Source: Podarcis filfolensis
Taxonomy: Eukaryota
NCBI GenBank assembly: GCA_964270895.1
Contig: OZ185435.1
Length of the DNA: 64,000 nucleotides
Direction: 5' to 3' (one strand)
In this document: piece after piece, positions 59,721 through 64,000 of the stretch
Position numbering within the stretch: position 1 is the stretch's first letter
Layout: every line of letters starts with the position of its first letter
The notes under the pieces: generated by a model
Seen by the model: only the letters and a program-made list of their open reading frames with translations
Told to the model about the DNA's origin: nothing
Database searches by the model: none
Made by a program: the position numbers and the translations under genes

Positions 59721-62700
59721 CATGCATACTATCCCTCAAACACATACTGATGTATTATATTTATTTCTTTTCAATAGAGGGGAGGTGGGATTTCCAGTCT
59801 GAGATGCTGAATCACCAGAGTAATGTTAATACAAGCTTACTGCCGCAGGAGAATGAGAGTGGTCTTGGGGAGCAAAAACTGCAGGGTGGTGAGGGTTATG
59901 ATGCTGCTCACTGAGAGTGTGTGAGAAAAAGGGTGTTTTTTAGGCCAAGGCAGGCCAAAAACATAATGCAGTCCTCTAAGGTGAGTCCCCTACTCTCCTA
60001 CTAGCTAAGAAATGCTTTCTGATTCCAACTCTTCCCTTGGAGAAGGAGTTTCAAGTTTGGGCGCAGGAAGAGGGTTGTGTGGGGAGGGCAGTCCTCACAG
60101 GTGTGAGTGTGATGAGTGATTTTGACTTGTCCGTGTTTCGCTTCTGCATGTGGGAGTGGATAGGTAGAAGAATTCACAGAAGGCTATGTATGGCAGGTAC
60201 AAGCAGCCATAGGTGTTGGGGGAATAATGAAAATTAAATAGCTGTAGGGGTGTTTATGAACTAGGTGAGTAATATTCATAGAAGTTAAATATGGCCTGGA
60301 GTAAGCGGTGATCTCACTTGCTCCCCTCCCCATACACCTAGTGCCAGGAAGAGCCAACGGAAATGAGTAATTTCCCAGATAATAAAGGTGGCAATTTACG
60401 TCATGGGCTCTTCCTCAGCCAGGCTGCCCTGAGCAGGCTCTGTGGGTACCTTGACTTGCTGTTTTAATGTACTTTTCCCTGAAAGGGAAAGCTGAATATG
60501 TCTCCAGACTGACTTAAACTCTCCTTTTATCCTGTTGGTTTTGCCTGTTCAGGAGCAACAATAATGGCAAAATCTGGATGCTAAGATTGTCCGTTTCCAA
60601 AGGAACAGGCAGGAGTTTCCAGGGCACTTAGCTATGTCAGCAGCAGACCTCTCTCCAGGCTATTTCTGCTGCTCTGTCAGTCCAGCTATATATCTGATGG
60701 GGGGGGGGGGCAAAGGCTGGCACTGAGAGCTGGAGTCTGCAAGTAACCCTTTCAGGCCTGGAATTTCCTGAAAAGGCCTATAAGAGCTGTAACGCAGATC
60801 ACAAGATCTTATTCTGATCTGGGCAGAGTCTCACTTTGCCAACTACCGTTTTCTTCTTCACACATGGGTTGGAGGAATATGACATTAATTTCGGCAAGGA
60901 GACATAGAAACAGCCATGGTCCAAACTGTGGCATTTCAAAGCTAGTTCCAGTGCATTGCTCTGCATTCATGAGACTTCCCCAGATCTGGCTTCCGGACAT
61001 AGCACCATCAGTCAGCAATATGTATGACTGATCTGTTCAGACAAAATACTTTCAGGCATGGCAGTTGGTGCTGGAATAATCCTGTGGAGAGAAATCCTAG
61101 TTCCAATTTCATTCATTTATTTAGATCTATCCTTTAACCTTGTTTACACACTTTATGGGCCAATATTGCTGATATGCTTATCGTCCCAGCATCCAATAAA
61201 AAGGAATGTGTTCTTAACACGTTTATATCTTTGCTGTCTTCTGTACTGTACCTGCACCTGTTTAGTACATTTTTAGAATTAACAATAATTTCCCTGATTC
61301 CATGGCACCAGTCAGATTGGTTCTGCTATAAGAAAGCATGTTTTATTTTATTATGTTAAAGCATTTAGAAACTGCTTAATATTTTTAAAATCTCAAAGCA
61401 GTACGCAACTTAAAAAAACATTATTAAAACAAAAATACAGCATATTTGTTCTGTGAACCTCCCTAAGACCTCCAGGTAAAGGGCAGTATATAAATAAAAT
61501 AAATAATAATTAGTAATAATAATAATAATAATAATACCAGTGAAACTGTAGTATAAAATGAAGAATTAAGGCTAATGAAGACAGGGTCAAATAAGTTAGA
61601 GAAAGCCTGGAAAAAGGTCCACCTTTGTCTGAAGCGAATGATGGTTGCTGCTTCACATATGGCAGAGAGAAGAAGCCCTAAGGAAACATCAGATGAAAGG
61701 TGTGTTCATACAGAGGTTTCTTTCTCAGTCGGCTAGAATTGCTCATTCTCATTACAGTCCCCTTTTCACATTAATAATAATCATATGTTCACCTCCTACA
61801 TTGCAATTCTTGGATGCTGCATTTGTCTCCTCCAAAGTCCCTTTCAAGTAATCTAATAAATCGGAAAGATCACAACAGATATCTTTGTTTTCTAATGTAT
61901 GTGCAAAGTTTTATCTCCAGCGTTCCCTGTGTGGTGTTTCATAGACTTTATCTCATGTCAGCTACCATTGATAATTGTACCATTAAATCCAAATCTCTCT
62001 CCCTGCTAGAGACACTCAGTTGCTCCAAAGGAGTATGCTTGCTGGGCAGTGTGTCAAAATGTCCTGGTGCAGTAAGGATCTTTTGACACTGCATCAGAAG
62101 CATCACTGTGTTGCAGTGCAGAGCAACTGGATTGTCAAAAGGGCATAAGGATAAGCGTCCAGCTTCCAGCTCATCCCTTTCCCTCAGACTTTACAGCACT
62201 GCTCTTGCGCTGAATGTGATTCCCCTCTTAGTAATTCCCTCTCATGAAACCAGATGCCGTGTCTTCTTCCAGCAACTCTTGGCCAATGTTCCTATCTCCA
62301 AACACACCCAACAAGCTGCAGCAGAAATTGCAGAGTCAGCAAGGCCAGTCTGAGTGAAGGACCTTGTACCACTAGTGTCAAGTATCATGGGTGGAGGAAT
62401 AACTATGTTACAAGCTCTTCAGGAACAGGGAGCCCTACCCCTCTCCAGATCATGAGAGCTTCAAGTCTTTTGTCTGTGGCACATCATGCAGAATGCCCTC
62501 AATCACCATATTGAGATGGTTGCATAATGCCTCCAAAGAACTCTGTTGATTCCTGTCACAAGTGTATGATCTCATAATCCCATTCTCTGGTCATCTGAAG
62601 TGTGTGTGTGCGTGTGTTGTGGGAGAAGCTGCTTCCTTTTCTGCTAGCCCCTCCTCTGGACATGCATTGGCAGAAATGGTTGCTGTTGAGGCAGCTTGAA

Positions 62701-63809
62701 GCCTGTACAGTTGCCACCGGGAGCCACGCAGAGGCAGATGGGGACATGGGCTCCTTTGCCCGAGCACAAGAGCAGCTTTCAAAGCTACGTTGGCAGCTAG
62801 TGGCAGCCTCTCTCTTTCATTGGCTGCAGAGAGGACAGTCTCTTGGGACAGTATATCCCACTGCCCTCCCTTCTCTTTCTGCCTCTATGTACTGCTTCAT
62901 GCAGGTCCCGGGGCATTCCTTTCGTACTGAAATCCAGCAGCACGCCAGGCAAACAAAGTGGCTAGGAAACAATGCTTTAAGTCTCCAAGGCCTAGGAAAC
63001 TTCTAGCTGCAGGTTTAGTTTTATTTTGGGGGGATATTGGGAGGAGCAAATGAAGGCTTCCAAAGGACTGCAGGGGGAAGTTAGGCTTGGGCAAATGCAG
63101 CTGAGGAAATAATTTAACATAGAAAAAATAATAATCTAATTTCAGCAAATACAGCAAAATGGGAACTGGGAGCAGCAAATGAACAAGGGGACATATTAAA
63201 TGGCTTTTAGAGAAATTTGGGGGTGTTGTTCTGGAGTCCATCAGAAGTTTGCTTTTACGTTCATTGTTTTTGTTCAGAAAGTATGCATGCCTTTTGTTAA
63301 CCATTGGTGCAAGTATGTTTCCTTGTCCCTGCCTCTCCCATTGTACATATAGTAGTTTTCTTACTTGAATCCATTTAGAAATGTTATATGCTGCCTTTCT
63401 ACAAGCTTAGCGTTCAATGTGCACCTTCCTTCTGCTTGGCCTGTGAGGCCCTGGGGGCCTGTTTAAGATACCCTTTTGCAGGAGACAGTGCTTTTTAACT
63501 TAGCAGCAGAGGAAGAGCCTTCCCTGAAGCTGCTTCCTGTAACATTCTCCTCCACTTCTGCCCTGGGAAAGCAAGGACTTCCCTGGTAGAGAGATGGGCA
63601 GAGAGTCTGGTGGTACCAGGGCTGAAGCACGAGTGGGTGAGCCAAAGCAGCCTCTGGGAGTAGCTCCCTGAGAGACACAAAAGGGGCTGAAGCAGCTAGA
63701 GATGAGTTAGGTGAGAGAGAGACCCTGCTTGCCTCTGACACAGCACATGGCAGCATCACTGGGGACAGACTTTCCAGAATCCTTTAATTCATGATAGCCA
63801 AGGAATTAT

Positions 63810-64000
63810 GATAGTCATATTCAAATATCTGAAGGGCTGTCACATGGATGATGGAGCAAAATTGTTTTCTACTGCTACCAGGGGGACTCAAACTGATGGA
63901 TTCAGATTACAAGAAAGGCGATTTCAACTAAACATAAGGAGAAACTTTCTCACAGTAAGAGCTGCCTCAACAGGTGGACTCTCCTTCATTGGAGATTTGT
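63810..64000 (+). mobile_element. CR1 LINE 3' fragment running to the window end
   Basis: IFKYLKGCHMDDGAKLFSTA...GFRLQERRFQLNIRRNFLTVRA. Confidence 0.88.

Noticed and set aside
60553-60610. Good acceptor (cctgttcAG|GAG) as candidate MAPK8IP1 exon 4
   Set aside because: Phase 0 gives EQQ* and no DTLNNNSLGKKHSWQ-like sequence. A similar candidate near 63,480 also fails, so exon 4 is presumed beyond the window.

Overview
Vertebrate genomic DNA on a squamate background. The repeat set (BovB, CR1, L2, tRNA-SINE, hAT and Tc1/pogo MITEs) suggests a lizard, probably a lacertid; this is an inference from repeat types recalled from memory. Two + strand genes lie head-to-tail, as in human 11p11.2. (1) The 3' part of cryptochrome 2 (CRY2): exons 4-11 (6124-12867) have canonical splice sites, continuous frame and the vertebrate CRY exon sizes 185/89/141/312/152/203, followed by a probable exon 12 at 14006 with a long 3' UTR. 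(2) The 5' part of MAPK8IP1 (JIP1): CpG-island exon 1a (ATG 21518), alternative coding exon 1b (38573-38643), exon 2 (45391-45496) and exon 3 (55516-55749, JNK-binding motif [11 protein letters not shown]); exon 4 was not found, so the gene runs off the window. There is no CRISPR, tRNA or rRNA, and most other track ORFs are repeat- or GC-derived. Best second-look items, all hypotheses from sequence alone: a STMN2-like UG-repeat cryptic exon/poly(A) unit and an RE1/REST site in MAPK8IP1 intron 1; an apparently remodelled CRY2 C-terminal tail (GSK-3 site Ser->Tyr, probable stop-loss, two possible ends); an E-box/RORE/D-box cluster in CRY2 intron 3; and an overlapping uORF on MAPK8IP1 exon 1a. 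Repeat boundaries are approximate unless TSDs are quoted.
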